Assembly (NCBI GenBank): GCA_965223265.1 | Contig: OZ244999.1 | Span: 3,808,001-3,872,000 of the forward strand | Length of the DNA: 64,000 bases | Origin: Planctomycetota bacterium | GTDB lineage: Bacteria > Planctomycetota > UBA8108 > SXIK01 | Direction: 5' to 3' | Shown: positions 1 to 10,805 of the stretch, in pieces | How positions within the stretch are numbered: position 1 is the first letter of the stretch | Layout of the letters: each line of letters starts with the position of its first letter | Translations under genes and position numbers: made by a program | The notes under the pieces: generated by a model | What the model was told of the DNA's origin: nothing | Database searches by the model: none | Seen by the model: only the letters and a program-made list of their open reading frames with translations

Positions 1-206
1 ATGCGGTCCATCGCCTCCTCAAGGCGTTTCAGCTTTTCCTTCACCTCTTGTTCTTTGACGTTCGCCAGATTCGCCGCGCGCTCCTGCGAACGAAGGCTAA
101 GAGACGGCCATGCGACCGCGAGGCAGAGGCACATGAGAGCAGCGGACCGAACAACGTCCGCCCGAGGTGACGTCCCGGAAAGCGCGCCGCATGGTTTCGT
201 GCGCAT
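1..206 (-). CDS. 5' part of an exported coiled-coil protein (runs off the window; next gene of the MoxR-vWA operon)
   Basis: Not in the ORF track. Minus-strand ATG at 206 with AAGGAG RBS (213-218). Reads MRTKPCGALSGTSPRADVVRSAALMCLCLAVAWPSLSLRSQERAANLANVKEQEVKEKLKRLEEAMDR (signal-like hydrophobic stretch, then heptad-like helix). Confidence 0.75.
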   Translation of the reverse strand, partial: MRTKPCGALSGTSPRADVVRSAALMCLCLAVAWPSLSLRSQERAANLANVKEQEVKEKLKRLEEAMDR

Positions 207-238
207 GGGGATCTCCTTACTGATCTCGACGATTGGTC

Positions 239-2659
239 TCATTCGCCACCGGATGCTCCGGGCGGGACCAAACCCGCGTCACCCCGCGCCCCGCCGGTCG
301 GGCCGTCGGGCCGGTCATCACTTCCTCTGGAACCGGCGCCTGATTCGCCTGAGCCTGCTGGCTCATCCTCGAAGATACTGTCGACCATAGCATCGTAGAG
401 GCTGGTCGTCTCACGCGTCGCTTCACCATGCACCCTCAGAATAATCCGCAGCCTCTGGACAATCTCTGCAAATCCTTCCATTTGACGCATGTTCTCAAGC
501 ACGCGCTCGAGCTCTTCGATGATCGATTCGACATCCTCCGATAGCCGCCAGCCTTTCTCAAGACGCACCGCGACGGTAGTTGCATTGCGCACAACTGCCA
601 GTGATTTGACGCTATTCGGCAATTCGGTCGCAGCAAGATCGCCGAGCGGTTCGATCACGTTCTCTGCCAGCCGCTCAGTATCGTTTGCCTCGTCAACGCG
701 GTTGTTCTGCATCTCCTCGACGATCTGCTTGAGGGCGCCGCTGACGCCCTCAAGCTGGCGCGCGAGCTGGCGCTGCGACGTCGCCAGCGCGACCATCTGC
801 TGCAGCACCTCCGCTTCGAGATCGCCCTCCTTGGTCCATGCTTCGCCGAGCAAGCGGTAGATCTCATCACGCACAAGTCGCTCGCTTTCGACCGCACGCT
901 CGAGAGCACGTCGCTGCTCGACCTCGCGCCGCAGCAGCTCAGCGCCGAGTCGATCGAGCGTCACGACGAGGAAAGACTGCAGCGCGCTACGTCCCACCTT
1001 CGAACCACCGAGTGCATCGTTGTCACGCGCCACGATGCGCACGTCGAGTCGAGTTCCGGGAGGCAACTCAAGCTCTTGAGTGTCCCACACCGGCTCGCTC
1101 TGGATCGCACGGTCGGGGTTCGGTGGGGGAGGAAACTCGAAGCTGGTCACGAGATCGGAGTCATCGGACCCGGCAACATCGGTGGCAGCGCCAGACGTGG
1201 AGGTGTCGTCATGAGGGTCGACCTCGACGGAGTCGTCATCAGACGCGACAACGCCTTCGCCTCCCGTGTCGGCGGCATCCGCTGCGTCCAGAGACCGCGC
1301 GATATACTCGACGCCAGTGCCCACCACGCCGTAGTCGTCGTCGGCACGAATCCGCCACGGAATACGTGCGCGGTTAGAGATCATCGTACTCACACCCGAG
1401 GCACGCGCACGCACGGTGGGGGCGCGGTCAGGCACTACGACAACCCGAAAACTGAAGAACCGGTCCTGCGGTACCCCCTCTTGATCTTCCAGCAAGATGC
1501 GCACCAGGCGGCTGTCCTTTGGGGCGAATGATCCCGAAAACGACGCGGGATCAACGCCCGGCGTCGCTAGCGCCAGTGCTTCGCCGTCGATGTCGAGCGC
1601 AGCGCTGCGAAGCGGTTTCGATGCTCGACCCTGCAGCCCGATCGTCGATCCAGCCGGAACCTCGATCTCGCCGATATCGGCGTCGTAGACCTGCGGCTCT
1701 CGCCTCGTGTACTCGGGTGCGTTCACTTCAAGCGCTAGCGACTGCACGACAGGGCGCTCCTGGACGACAATGTGATGGCGAGGCGAACGAAAATCGCCGC
1801 CGTCAACGATGAAGTCGAAGGGCTCCGTCACCTGCGCCTCCTCGTAGACGAACGTGTTGTCCGACTCCTTCGTGAGGACGAACCGTCGCTCATCCTGACG
1901 CTCGCCGTCACCATAGTAGAGCCACACTCTGACGCGTGCGGGCATTTCGCCGTCAGCGGTGACTCGCAGGACGAAAGGATCGTCGCGTGGCACGCCTCGC
2001 GTGTAGTCCGGCGCCGAAAACCCCTCGACGTAGAGGCGTGTCTTGTACGGCCACTCCGTGTCGGCCAGTAAGATTTGTCGCTCGAACCAGATCGTGATCG
2101 TGTCGTGCAGCGGCACCCAGAGCGCGATCGCGACGGCGATCACCGCGAGGCAGCCTGTGAGCGCCGCAACGACTCCCGGCACGTTGATGACCCTCGTGAC
2201 GTCCAACTTCGAGAGCTCGGCGACGGTCTCGTCCGCCACGCGCTCCTTCATTGCAGACGAAAGCCTTTGATCCTGCAGCGAGACGCGTGGATTCTCTGCG
2301 TCCTTCTCCTTCAAAAACTGCAGGCTGCTGCGGAAACGATCTTGAAAATCCGGGAACCTGCTCTCGACTAGATCGGCGAGCGTGCTGGCATTCAAACGCA
2401 CCGTCAGCGGACGCACAAGCCAGCGCCAAGCACACCAGGCAAACGCCGAGCCATAGACGGCCAGCGTGACTACACGCGCTCCTACGGAGAGTCGAAACGT
2501 CCGATCGAGGCAGAACGACACAAGGCAAAGAGCGACGAGTGCGGGAATCAGCAGCGACACGGCTCGCAGCAGCGAGTTCATCCGAATCGAGCGACGCAGG
2601 CTTTTCAGCGCTCGGTCGAGCGTCATGAGGGAGCTTTGTGAATCGTTGTGGCGTCGCAT
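239..2659 (-). CDS. DUF4175-like membrane protein (N-terminal TMs, Ig-like repeats, C-terminal coiled coil)
   Basis: 806 aa ORF with 3 hydrophobic helices, D-x-x-P-x-V and DDYGV motifs and a helical C-terminus. Operon context. Confidence 0.7.
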   Translation of the reverse strand: MRRHNDSQSSLMTLDRALKSLRRSIRMNSLLRAVSLLIPALVALCLVSFCLDRTFRLSVGARVVTLAVYGSAFAWCAWRWLVRPLTVRLNASTLADLVESRFPDFQDRFRSSLQFLKEKDAENPRVSLQDQRLSSAMKERVADETVAELSKLDVTRVINVPGVVAALTGCLAVIAVAIALWVPLHDTITIWFERQILLADTEWPYKTRLYVEGFSAPDYTRGVPRDDPFVLRVTADGEMPARVRVWLYYGDGERQDERRFVLTKESDNTFVYEEAQVTEPFDFIVDGGDFRSPRHHIVVQERPVVQSLALEVNAPEYTRREPQVYDADIGEIEVPAGSTIGLQGRASKPLRSAALDIDGEALALATPGVDPASFSGSFAPKDSRLVRILLEDQEGVPQDRFFSFRVVVVPDRAPTVRARASGVSTMISNRARIPWRIRADDDYGVVGTGVEYIARSLDAADAADTGGEGVVASDDDSVEVDPHDDTSTSGAATDVAGSDDSDLVTSFEFPPPPNPDRAIQSEPVWDTQELELPPGTRLDVRIVARDNDALGGSKVGRSALQSFLVVTLDRLGAELLRREVEQRRALERAVESERLVRDEIYRLLGEAWTKEGDLEAEVLQQMVALATSQRQLARQLEGVSGALKQIVEEMQNNRVDEANDTERLAENVIEPLGDLAATELPNSVKSLAVVRNATTVAVRLEKGWRLSEDVESIIEELERVLENMRQMEGFAEIVQRLRIILRVHGEATRETTSLYDAMVDSIFEDEPAGSGESGAGSRGSDDRPDGPTGGARGDAGLVPPGASGGE

Positions 2660-2677
2660 CGCTTCGTTAGAGTAGGT

Positions 2678-5239
2678 CTAAAGGAGTCTGTTCCACTTAC
2701 GGAGAATCCATTCGAGTGTCAGGATGCCGACGAGCAGGCTCAAGCAAAACCAGTTGTCCCAGAGAGGGATCGGTTCGTCTGTCGTCACCACCGTCTGCAC
2801 GCGATCAGGAACGTCCTCGGGTAGCGTCGACAACTCGGAAATCGGTCGATATGAGCCGCGAGTGCGGGTTGCCAGCTCGCGCAGCGCCGATTCGTTCAGC
2901 TGCGGCTCTTGAAACTCGATGCGCGGTGGGTCGACCGCCACTCGGTGCTCGCTGCCCTCACCGCGCAGCAGGAAGTTCCCCAGCTTGCGCGGGGTGTAGA
3001 GGCCACGAAACCAACCCGGCGCACTGCCATCGGCGGGCAGGGCGAGTTCGCGCTCGGCGCCTTCGGGATCAATGACGCTCAAGCGGACCTCTCCAGTCGC
3101 AACGGGCTTGTAGTTCTCGTCAAGCGCATGAACGCTGACACGGACGGTTTCGCCGAAGTCATAGGCGTCACGGTCGGTTTGGATCAAAAAGCGTTCCTTG
3201 CGCAGGAGTCGCCCCTCGGTGAGGTAGCGAACAGATTGAATCCAAAATCGGTCATAGACCTCCTCAGCAAGCGCGCGCCAACGCCAAGTCGAGTCAATTC
3301 CACACCACATGACTCGACCGCCGCCGTAGTACTGCGTCACGAGAAGCGGTCGTCGCCGGCCGTCGCGAACGAGTGCTGGATTGGAATGCTCCAGTAAGAC
3401 TGTCGCACCTGGTTTGACGCGCGCTACTGGAAACGACCAATAGAACCCAGCGATCTCAGCCCAGCGGTCGCGGTTGCGATCTGGCTGCGACGACAGGCGC
3501 GTCGAGGCGTGTACGCTCGCCTCAGGTGTCGGAAGCGGCGCCCACTCGCGTTCATAGTAAAGCCCTTGCTCCAGCTCGCCGCGAAGATCGGCAGTCTCAA
3601 CGCTTACGGGCAAGAGATTGCGCAGCGATGCCGCCACCGTCGACTCGAAGACAGTCAAAGAGAACTTGTCGCCCGCCACGTAGGCAAGCCCTCCGTGGTG
3701 CTGCGAGACGAAATCGTCCAAGAGGCCGAGAAACGCGGCAGGAAGTCCTGACACGTCGATGTCGAGCAGCACGACGACGTCATACTCAAAGAGGTCCTGT
3801 GCCGTCGCCGGTAAGCGCTTCAGGCTCACGTCGCCCTCTTGAGGAAAGTCCGGGTCGGCGCTCATGAGCCAGCCCGCCACCGTGATGCGCGAGTCGCGTC
3901 GCAAGAGATTCTTCAGGTAATGGTACTCGTACGAAGGACCGCCTGAGATCATCAGGACGTTCGACGCTTCTTCGACGACTTCGAAGGCGCGCGATCTCTC
4001 GTTGTCATCGGCAAACGCTTCATCGGGACGCACCTCAATGCGAGCGAAAAGGCGATGCACACCAAGCCCTTCGGGCTCAATCTTGAAGCTCGCGGAGAGC
4101 TCGGTCGTCGAGTCGTCGAATTCAACATCCCGCGCTTGCAGGAGTCGCTCGACGCTCTCAACACCGCCGCCCGGCTGGTGTTGGTCGTAGAGCTCCAAGC
4201 GCACGGTCTCGCCACCGTAGCCCTTATGCTCCAAACGAACGTCGACTGCGATCGGATCGCCGACGAAGACGCGCTCGCCTGTGAGAACGTTGCTGATGCG
4301 GACATTGCGAGTCGGTGTCGGATCACCGACACCGACGGCAAACACGGGAATGTTCTGTTGTCTCAAATAAGTAGCGACACCGCCCAGATCTTCGCCACCG
4401 GTGACGCGACCGTCGGTGAGAACGACGATTCCAGCAATCCGCGTCCCCGCCTCACTCTCCACCGCCGTCCGCAAGGCGCCTGCTAAGTCTGTCACGTCTC
4501 CGGTTGGGTTCAGACGGACTGATAAACGCGAATTCGAGTCACCCGCGACTTCTCGTCCAGTCGCGGCAACGGTGGCAGATGAAGACGCGGCCGAACCGTT
4601 CGTGCGGTCGTCGGTCTCGCTGGCGCCGCCGTCCGCGTCTGCTCGAACGGCCTCGACCGATGCCTTTGCGTCGAGTTGAGGACGTGCGAAACCGTACACT
4701 TTGAGGCGCTGCTCCCGCGCCAACCGTTCCAGCACGCGCCACTCCGGATGCTGGAGTGCGTGTTCGACAATTTCAGCACGCGACATCGTGGCGACCTTTT
4801 CCGACTCGACGGAAAGAGCCGCCGCAATTGCATCTCGCAGCGGAGAGCTGCTCAGGTACCTGTCCTTGATCGACTGACTGAGCGACTCGTCGACGAGAAC
4901 GATCGTCGTCGCGCGAATCTGCTGAACTCGATCGACCTCGAGCACGGGGTACGCCAAAGCGAGCGCAACCAGAAGAACGAGGAGCACTCTCGTCGCAGTC
5001 ATCACGAGCTTACGAGTGCGAGAGACGCTGCCTTCACGCCGGTAGGTCCAAACCACTCCGCCCACTGCCAGCAGAAGGACACAGAGCGCCAGGAGGCCCC
5101 AACCACCCTCTGGAAAATGAGCCAACCGCAGCTGCCCTTTGGCTCCCTCCAGCCGCGCCGCATCGACGGATAGGAGGCTGAGAAGCCAGTCCGGTAGCGG
5201 CAGCTGGGCGAAGAACGGAGTCGAAGATAGGGGCTGCAT
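2678..5239 (-). CDS. Membrane vWA-domain protein with glutamine-amidotransferase-like domain and C-terminal TM
   Basis: MIDAS-like DESLSQ, TDLAGAL, VVLTDG, VFAVGVG; TWRWR..YDRFW; ends LEWILRK. Confidence 0.85.
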   Translation of the reverse strand: MQPLSSTPFFAQLPLPDWLLSLLSVDAARLEGAKGQLRLAHFPEGGWGLLALCVLLLAVGGVVWTYRREGSVSRTRKLVMTATRVLLVLLVALALAYPVLEVDRVQQIRATTIVLVDESLSQSIKDRYLSSSPLRDAIAAALSVESEKVATMSRAEIVEHALQHPEWRVLERLAREQRLKVYGFARPQLDAKASVEAVRADADGGASETDDRTNGSAASSSATVAATGREVAGDSNSRLSVRLNPTGDVTDLAGALRTAVESEAGTRIAGIVVLTDGRVTGGEDLGGVATYLRQQNIPVFAVGVGDPTPTRNVRISNVLTGERVFVGDPIAVDVRLEHKGYGGETVRLELYDQHQPGGGVESVERLLQARDVEFDDSTTELSASFKIEPEGLGVHRLFARIEVRPDEAFADDNERSRAFEVVEEASNVLMISGGPSYEYHYLKNLLRRDSRITVAGWLMSADPDFPQEGDVSLKRLPATAQDLFEYDVVVLLDIDVSGLPAAFLGLLDDFVSQHHGGLAYVAGDKFSLTVFESTVAASLRNLLPVSVETADLRGELEQGLYYEREWAPLPTPEASVHASTRLSSQPDRNRDRWAEIAGFYWSFPVARVKPGATVLLEHSNPALVRDGRRRPLLVTQYYGGGRVMWCGIDSTWRWRALAEEVYDRFWIQSVRYLTEGRLLRKERFLIQTDRDAYDFGETVRVSVHALDENYKPVATGEVRLSVIDPEGAERELALPADGSAPGWFRGLYTPRKLGNFLLRGEGSEHRVAVDPPRIEFQEPQLNESALRELATRTRGSYRPISELSTLPEDVPDRVQTVVTTDEPIPLWDNWFCLSLLVGILTLEWILRKWNRLL

Positions 5240-7626
5240 CAGTTACGCCTCGATCCAGTGGCGGCGACTCCCGGCGCCGCGCTAGCATTCGCGTGATGGG
5301 CGAAGCGCCAGGCGCAGAAGCCCTCAACGAGTAGCAGGGCGCCGAACAAGAGGAGGAGCACGTCGGCAATCTCAAAACGGCCGCGCCCGACATCAGCGAA
5401 CGCAGTCGTGCGGGCGACGACGGTGAGCTCCGCGTCAGGATAAAGCTCCTCGAGCTTCGCCGGTTGCACGCGCCTCAGGTCCGACTCTTCCCGCGGTCGA
5501 CGGATGGCAAAGACTCGCCACGCTTCTTCGCCTTCTTTGGTCTTCATAGAGAGTCCGTAGTGGCCGAATCGATGCGTGTCGGGAGTGGAGAACTGAAAGT
5601 CAGCGCCGGTCGCCGCTCCGTTGCCCGCCCCCGGAGACGCGAGCAGCACCGGAGCCGCGACCAACGTGCGTTCGGGGACGCTCGGGAAACCTGGCGAGCG
5701 TAGAGTCGCTTCCTGCGCATAGCGCGCAATGTCGACTGGGACCGTCAACGGATGCCCCGCCAGATACGAAGGTCGGACTTGGCGTGCGCCGGCCACCGAG
5801 CTGACGATATCCTGCAGAAGAACAAGGAAACTTGGGTTGCGCTGCCAACTGTTCCACTCGGCGTCGGCACTGCTCGTGAAAAGAAGAACGCGGCCGTCAC
5901 CAACCGCGGCTTCCAGAATCGCCGGACTCTCGTCTGCATCGGAGTAGTGTGCGATCACCTGCGCGTGAGCTGTCGGTGTGACATGAAAGAACTGTTGAAA
6001 ATCGACATCGCTCATGGCATCCGTGACGTCACGCAGCGAGCGAAAGTAGCGATGGTCGAGGTCGGGAATCAACCGAAACGCCTCTCCAGCTTGGGCGCGT
6101 CGAATTTCGCCCAGCCGCCCCGGGAGTAACCCCTTCACGGGAGTCGCCGCCTCGGAATCATTCGAGCTCGTTTCACCACTAGCACCTCGCTCGACAGCAG
6201 AGCTCGCGGCGAAGACCTGGTTGTAAAGCGAGGCGTCGACCTGATCGCCGAGAAACACGATGGCGGTGCCGCCCGCCGTGACGTGGCGGCGGACGCGCTC
6301 GAGAAAACCTTCCGGGACGGTGAACACGTTGCAAAGGAAAACCATCGCGTAGCGGTCGAGCAGTTCACCCTCGAGTCCCTCCTCGACAACGACGGAAGGG
6401 CGCAAGCCGGAGAGACTGTCGCTGCTCGGCGACAACGCGGCCTCGAGGAAGTCCGTCTCGCCGTCGAACGGCTCCGACGATGGTTCTCCGCTCACCAGGA
6501 GAAGATCGATGGCATCGACAACATCGACTGCAACTGGATAAACGTCGTCGCCTTCGAGAAGGTCGTGGTGTCCGGCAGCGCGTATCTCCACAGCATGTGG
6601 TCCAGTCGAGCGAAAAGTGCATGGAATCGAGTAGCGCACCACCTCCCCGCTAGCTATCGGCGCCGCCGCTGGCCCCATGAGGTCAACCCAGGCCAGTTCA
6701 CTACCTTGGGCCGTCGTGATCGGAGCGTAGCGCAGCGACAGGCGAATGTCGTGAACTGCCGCAGGACCGAAATTCTCCAGTTCGACGGTGAACTCGGTCG
6801 GCACGCCTGCGATCGCCCGCCCCGAGCTGAGGAAAGCGCTTGTGATCGCGACGTTCGTCGTCTCCTCTTCTCCGACGTCGACGACCACGATGCGAGTCGG
6901 CGCGGACTCGCTGTCGCGAAGTCGGGCGAGCGCCGTTTCGATCGCCTTGTTCGGTCCGCCACTTCCGTCGGTCCAGTCGCTCCGCCTCAAATCGCTCAAG
7001 ATCGAAATCGCGAGTGGCCGTGGAGTCGCCTCGTCCGAGCTCGAGATGTGATCTGTTGCCAGATAGTCCAGGACACCCGCCAAGGGAAGACTCGTGTCGC
7101 TGGGCTTCAGGTTGTTCAACTTGCGAGTCAGAAGGTCGACTTGCTCGCGATCGAGCACGCCGCGCCGGACGAGGGGCGTCTGAAAACGCGAGCCGCGCAC
7201 AATCGTTACTCGATCGCCGCCGCGCCTCTCCACGAGGTGGTCAAGCGCGCTCGCAACGGCTTCGATTTCGTACTCGAAGACTGAACGGTTTGCGTGGCGC
7301 ACGCTCGCAGAGAACGAATCGTCGACAACGAACACCTTCTCTTCCGAGCGTAGAGCACTCCCAAGCCAACCAAGTCCACCTGAGACCATCGGACGGGCAA
7401 TCGCGAGTCCGAGCAGAGCCATGAGCGCGACCCGCAGCAGGAGCAGAATCAGTTGTTCGATCTTGACGCGACGACGGTTCTTTTTCAGCGCTAGCAGCAA
7501 AAACTCCATCGCCGCCCAATCGACACGTCTGAAACGACGCCGGTTGATTAGATGGATGATGATGGGAATCGCGATGAGGCCAATCGTTGCCGCAGCGATG
7601 GATCCGTGAACGAACAGCGAGCCCAT
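5239..7626 (-). CDS. BatA-like (aerotolerance N-terminal domain) vWA membrane protein
   Basis: N-terminal IPIIIHLINRRRFRRVDWAAMEFL..LLLLLR..IARP signature, VVDDSFS MIDAS, ILSD, C-terminal EESDL plus TM. Confidence 0.9.
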   Translation of the reverse strand: MGSLFVHGSIAAATIGLIAIPIIIHLINRRRFRRVDWAAMEFLLLALKKNRRRVKIEQLILLLLRVALMALLGLAIARPMVSGGLGWLGSALRSEEKVFVVDDSFSASVRHANRSVFEYEIEAVASALDHLVERRGGDRVTIVRGSRFQTPLVRRGVLDREQVDLLTRKLNNLKPSDTSLPLAGVLDYLATDHISSSDEATPRPLAISILSDLRRSDWTDGSGGPNKAIETALARLRDSESAPTRIVVVDVGEEETTNVAITSAFLSSGRAIAGVPTEFTVELENFGPAAVHDIRLSLRYAPITTAQGSELAWVDLMGPAAAPIASGEVVRYSIPCTFRSTGPHAVEIRAAGHHDLLEGDDVYPVAVDVVDAIDLLLVSGEPSSEPFDGETDFLEAALSPSSDSLSGLRPSVVVEEGLEGELLDRYAMVFLCNVFTVPEGFLERVRRHVTAGGTAIVFLGDQVDASLYNQVFAASSAVERGASGETSSNDSEAATPVKGLLPGRLGEIRRAQAGEAFRLIPDLDHRYFRSLRDVTDAMSDVDFQQFFHVTPTAHAQVIAHYSDADESPAILEAAVGDGRVLLFTSSADAEWNSWQRNPSFLVLLQDIVSSVAGARQVRPSYLAGHPLTVPVDIARYAQEATLRSPGFPSVPERTLVAAPVLLASPGAGNGAATGADFQFSTPDTHRFGHYGLSMKTKEGEEAWRVFAIRRPREESDLRRVQPAKLEELYPDAELTVVARTTAFADVGRGRFEIADVLLLLFGALLLVEGFCAWRFAHHANASAAPGVAATGSRRN

Positions 7627-8534
7627 TAAGTTTGACTCCGGCGGATTCTCACGCGTTCGGACGCCACCGCAATGATCCCGGCGTCGAGTGGCTCACCGGT
7701 GTGCGTGCGGAAGTAATTCAGCCCAAGCGTCGCGCAGCACTTCTCGACGTCGGCATAGAACTCGTCGAGCGCTTCGAGGTAGGCTTGACGCAGACTGCGC
7801 GGATCGGCGACAACGTCAGGATAACCCTCAAGCCCGTGAAAAAGAGTGTTGCCTTCGAAAGGAAACGTCGTCTCCGTTTCGTCGAGGACATGGAACACGA
7901 TGCAGTCGTGTTGCCGCAGCGCGAACGCCTGGAGTCCGCGCGTCAGCTCCTCGCGAGGTGCAAAGAGATCTGAGATCAGGATGACAAGTCCGCGCCGGGG
8001 AATCGACTCAGCGATCGACTCGAGCGTCGCGGCAAGGCCCGTCTTCCCCGCCGCCGGAGTCGACTCCATAACCTCCGCGAGACGGAGCAGAACCGACGGG
8101 TGAGTACTGAGTGGGATCTGAGCTCGCACGCCGTCATCGAAGAGATGCATTCCCACGGAGTCGTGTTGTCTCTGAAGCAGATATGCGATCGACGCCGCAA
8201 GAGTCCCGGCGTACTCGTACTTGTTCATCGCACTCGACGACCCGTAGCGCATCGACTCTGAGCAATCGAGCAGGAGGTGGCCCCGCAGGTTCGTCTCCTC
8301 CTCAAAACGCTTGATCACGAAGCGATCAGCGCGCCCAAACACCTTCCAGTCAAGATGGCGGAGATCATCTCCCGGCACGTACTGGCGATGGTCGACGAAC
8401 TCGACCGACTGGCCGTGGTACGGGCTCTTGTGCATGCCCGAAATCGTCCCCTCGACGACCATTTTAGCGCGCAGCTCGAGCCTGGCGATCCGGGCGAGGA
8501 CTTTAGGACTGTAGTACTTTTCGTAGCTGTCCAT
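7626..8534 (-). CDS. DUF58 domain protein
   Basis: [45 protein letters not shown]. Start moved to the ATG at 8534 (MDSYEK). Confidence 0.92.
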   Translation of the reverse strand: MDSYEKYYSPKVLARIARLELRAKMVVEGTISGMHKSPYHGQSVEFVDHRQYVPGDDLRHLDWKVFGRADRFVIKRFEEETNLRGHLLLDCSESMRYGSSSAMNKYEYAGTLAASIAYLLQRQHDSVGMHLFDDGVRAQIPLSTHPSVLLRLAEVMESTPAAGKTGLAATLESIAESIPRRGLVILISDLFAPREELTRGLQAFALRQHDCIVFHVLDETETTFPFEGNTLFHGLEGYPDVVADPRSLRQAYLEALDEFYADVEKCCATLGLNYFRTHTGEPLDAGIIAVASERVRIRRSQT

Positions 8535-9567
8535 CAGGTAGGATTGCGCCTTCCTCACTCGGCGTGGCTTCAAGGAGATGGTCGATGACGCGGTCGGAGT
8601 TGATGCCTCGCGCTTCAGCGTGAAAGTTCGTCAAGATGCGATGGCGAAGCACCGGATGCGCAACACTTTGAATATCCTCGACTGCGACGTGATAGCGACC
8701 GGCGAGTAGCGCTCGCGCCTTGGCACCGACGATGAGGAATTGACACGCGCGCGGCCCTGCACCCCAGGCCACGTAGTCCTTCACGAAGTCGGGAACAACC
8801 TCGTTGTCGTCGCCCTCGAGCCGCGTCTGGCGAACAAGCTTCATGGCGTAGTGCACGACCGGGTCAGCGACCGGTACCCGGCGAATGACGCGCTGGAGCT
8901 CGCGGATCTCGTCAGCGCCGAACACGACGCTCGCGTTGAGCTCGAACTCTTCCGTCGTGCGGCGTATCACCTCGAACTCTTCCTTCCAGTTCGGATACTT
9001 CACGAAGATCTTGAACATGAAGCGGTCCTGCTGCGCTTCCGGCAGCGGATACGTCCCTTCCTGCTCGATAGGATTCTGAGTCGCCAAGACGAAGAAAGGA
9101 TCGGGCAGCACATGCTGCTCGCCGCCGACGGTCACCTGTCGTTCCTGCATGGCCTCGAGGAGAGCGGCCTGCGTCTTCGGTGGCGTTCGATTGATTTCGT
9201 CGGCGAGCACGACATTGGCGAAGATCGGTCCGCGCAAAAACCTGAACGCACGCGAACCACTGGTGCGGTCCTCATGGATCACCTCTGTGCCGGTGATGTC
9301 CGCCGGCATGAGATCGGGCGTGAACTGAATGCGGTTGAATTCGAGTCGCAGACTATTGGCGAGCGTGCGCACAAGTAACGTCTTAGCAAGACCAGGAACG
9401 CCCTCGAGGATGCAGTGTCCTTGAGTGAAAATCGCGATCAGGAGTTGCTCGACGACCTCGTCCTGGCCGACGATCGTTTTTGCGATTTCCTGCTTTAACG
9501 TTGAAAACTTCTTCACCATCGCATCGACGGACTCGAGCTCCGGCTGGTCGTCACGTGGCATGTTCAA
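8503..9567 (-). CDS. moxR: MoxR-family AAA+ ATPase
   Basis: Walker [24 protein letters not shown], Walker [41 protein letters not shown]. Confidence 0.97.
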   Translation of the reverse strand: MNMPRDDQPELESVDAMVKKFSTLKQEIAKTIVGQDEVVEQLLIAIFTQGHCILEGVPGLAKTLLVRTLANSLRLEFNRIQFTPDLMPADITGTEVIHEDRTSGSRAFRFLRGPIFANVVLADEINRTPPKTQAALLEAMQERQVTVGGEQHVLPDPFFVLATQNPIEQEGTYPLPEAQQDRFMFKIFVKYPNWKEEFEVIRRTTEEFELNASVVFGADEIRELQRVIRRVPVADPVVHYAMKLVRQTRLEGDDNEVVPDFVKDYVAWGAGPRACQFLIVGAKARALLAGRYHVAVEDIQSVAHPVLRHRILTNFHAEARGINSDRVIDHLLEATPSEEGAILPDGQLRKVLQS

Positions 9568-9692
9568 CCTCTTGGTGGGACCTCATTGGATTCACTGTGA
9601 CTGTTTTCATTTTCATTTCGATTGTTTTGGTAAAGACTCCCTGTGCCGCCAGGGCAACGGAACGATCATAGCCCACCATACGGGGACCTCTG

Positions 9693-10805
9693 TCATCTCT
9701 GATAGATCGGGACGAGTTGATACGGCAAGGCGAGAATCACAAGTGCGATCGACGTGCCATAAACCGTGCCAACTCCGTCTCCCATCCAGCTACCGTCACC
9801 CGACTGCGACGAAGCAAGCCGCTGAGTGATGGCCCTGTAGTACCGCTGCCACTCCTTCCCGCCTCGTTGCCACTTCGCCTGAGCAAAGTAGAGATGGGAG
9901 TAGTAGTAGTGCCCCCACCCCCGACCGCCCGAATGCACACTGATCGTCCGGTCGCAAAACCGAAGCGCCTTCAGCGCCAAGGGACTGTCGTACTCTCCGG
10001 CGTTGTAGAGTGTGGCTACAGCCGCAGCAGTGATGGGTGGACGCGACCCTCCGCCTCCCGACATTTGATAGCGAATGCCACCATCCGGGTTGGCCGAACG
10101 TTCGATGTACCGCACTGCGTTGCGAATGACCTTTGGCTCAACCTGAATGCCAGCGTTACGGCAGGCGCGCAGTCCTTGAATCTGCGTCACCGTGACGGAG
10201 CCTTCGTCGCCGTCTGAGTCCGGAGAATAGAGCCAGCCGCCCGCTCGGCTTTGGCTGCGCTCCGTGATCCGCACGCCCCGCAAAAGGACATCCCGAACGC
10301 GCGCCTGCTTGGCGCGATCTTCCTCCATGCCGTAAACCTGAGCCAGGAACAGCAACGAAAATCCATGGCCGTGGAGTGACCGCCCTTGTTCAGCCCGAGT
10401 CGCGATCAATCCATTGGGCTGTGAGACTCGCAGCAAGAAGTCGACTGCCTTGCGTACCGTCCGCGAGTGTTCGCCACGCGTCGGTGTATTGCCACGCATG
10501 AGGAGTGCCGTGCCCGCCAGTGCAGTCATGGCCGTCGGATACGAGCCCCAGCCTCCCATATTGTTCCACGACCCGTCTCGATTCTGAGTGCGGACGAGGT
10601 ACTGACTGCCACGGTCGATCATGCGCTCGATCTGCGCCGTGACGAGGTCGGGGCGCCGGGGGGCCGCGCTCAGTCGTAGGTGGCACGTAGGTCCAAATGC
10701 ACCGGCGCTCCAAGCGATGGCCAGCGCGCAGATGCTCAACCGCAGTGACCCAGCCTTCACAGAGCGGCCACGCGCGGCGGCCGACGTCGGAAAGTCCGCT
10801 GTCAT
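9693..10805 (-). CDS. Exported prenyltransferase/squalene-oxidase-repeat (alpha/alpha barrel) protein
   Basis: Repeated QW-type motifs (QNRDGSW, QSRAGGW, NPDGGIRY, QSGDGSW). Ends LPYQLVPIYQR. Hydrophobic signal-like N-terminus. Confidence 0.88.
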   Translation of the reverse strand: MTADFPTSAAARGRSVKAGSLRLSICALAIAWSAGAFGPTCHLRLSAAPRRPDLVTAQIERMIDRGSQYLVRTQNRDGSWNNMGGWGSYPTAMTALAGTALLMRGNTPTRGEHSRTVRKAVDFLLRVSQPNGLIATRAEQGRSLHGHGFSLLFLAQVYGMEEDRAKQARVRDVLLRGVRITERSQSRAGGWLYSPDSDGDEGSVTVTQIQGLRACRNAGIQVEPKVIRNAVRYIERSANPDGGIRYQMSGGGGSRPPITAAAVATLYNAGEYDSPLALKALRFCDRTISVHSGGRGWGHYYYSHLYFAQAKWQRGGKEWQRYYRAITQRLASSQSGDGSWMGDGVGTVYGTSIALVILALPYQLVPIYQR

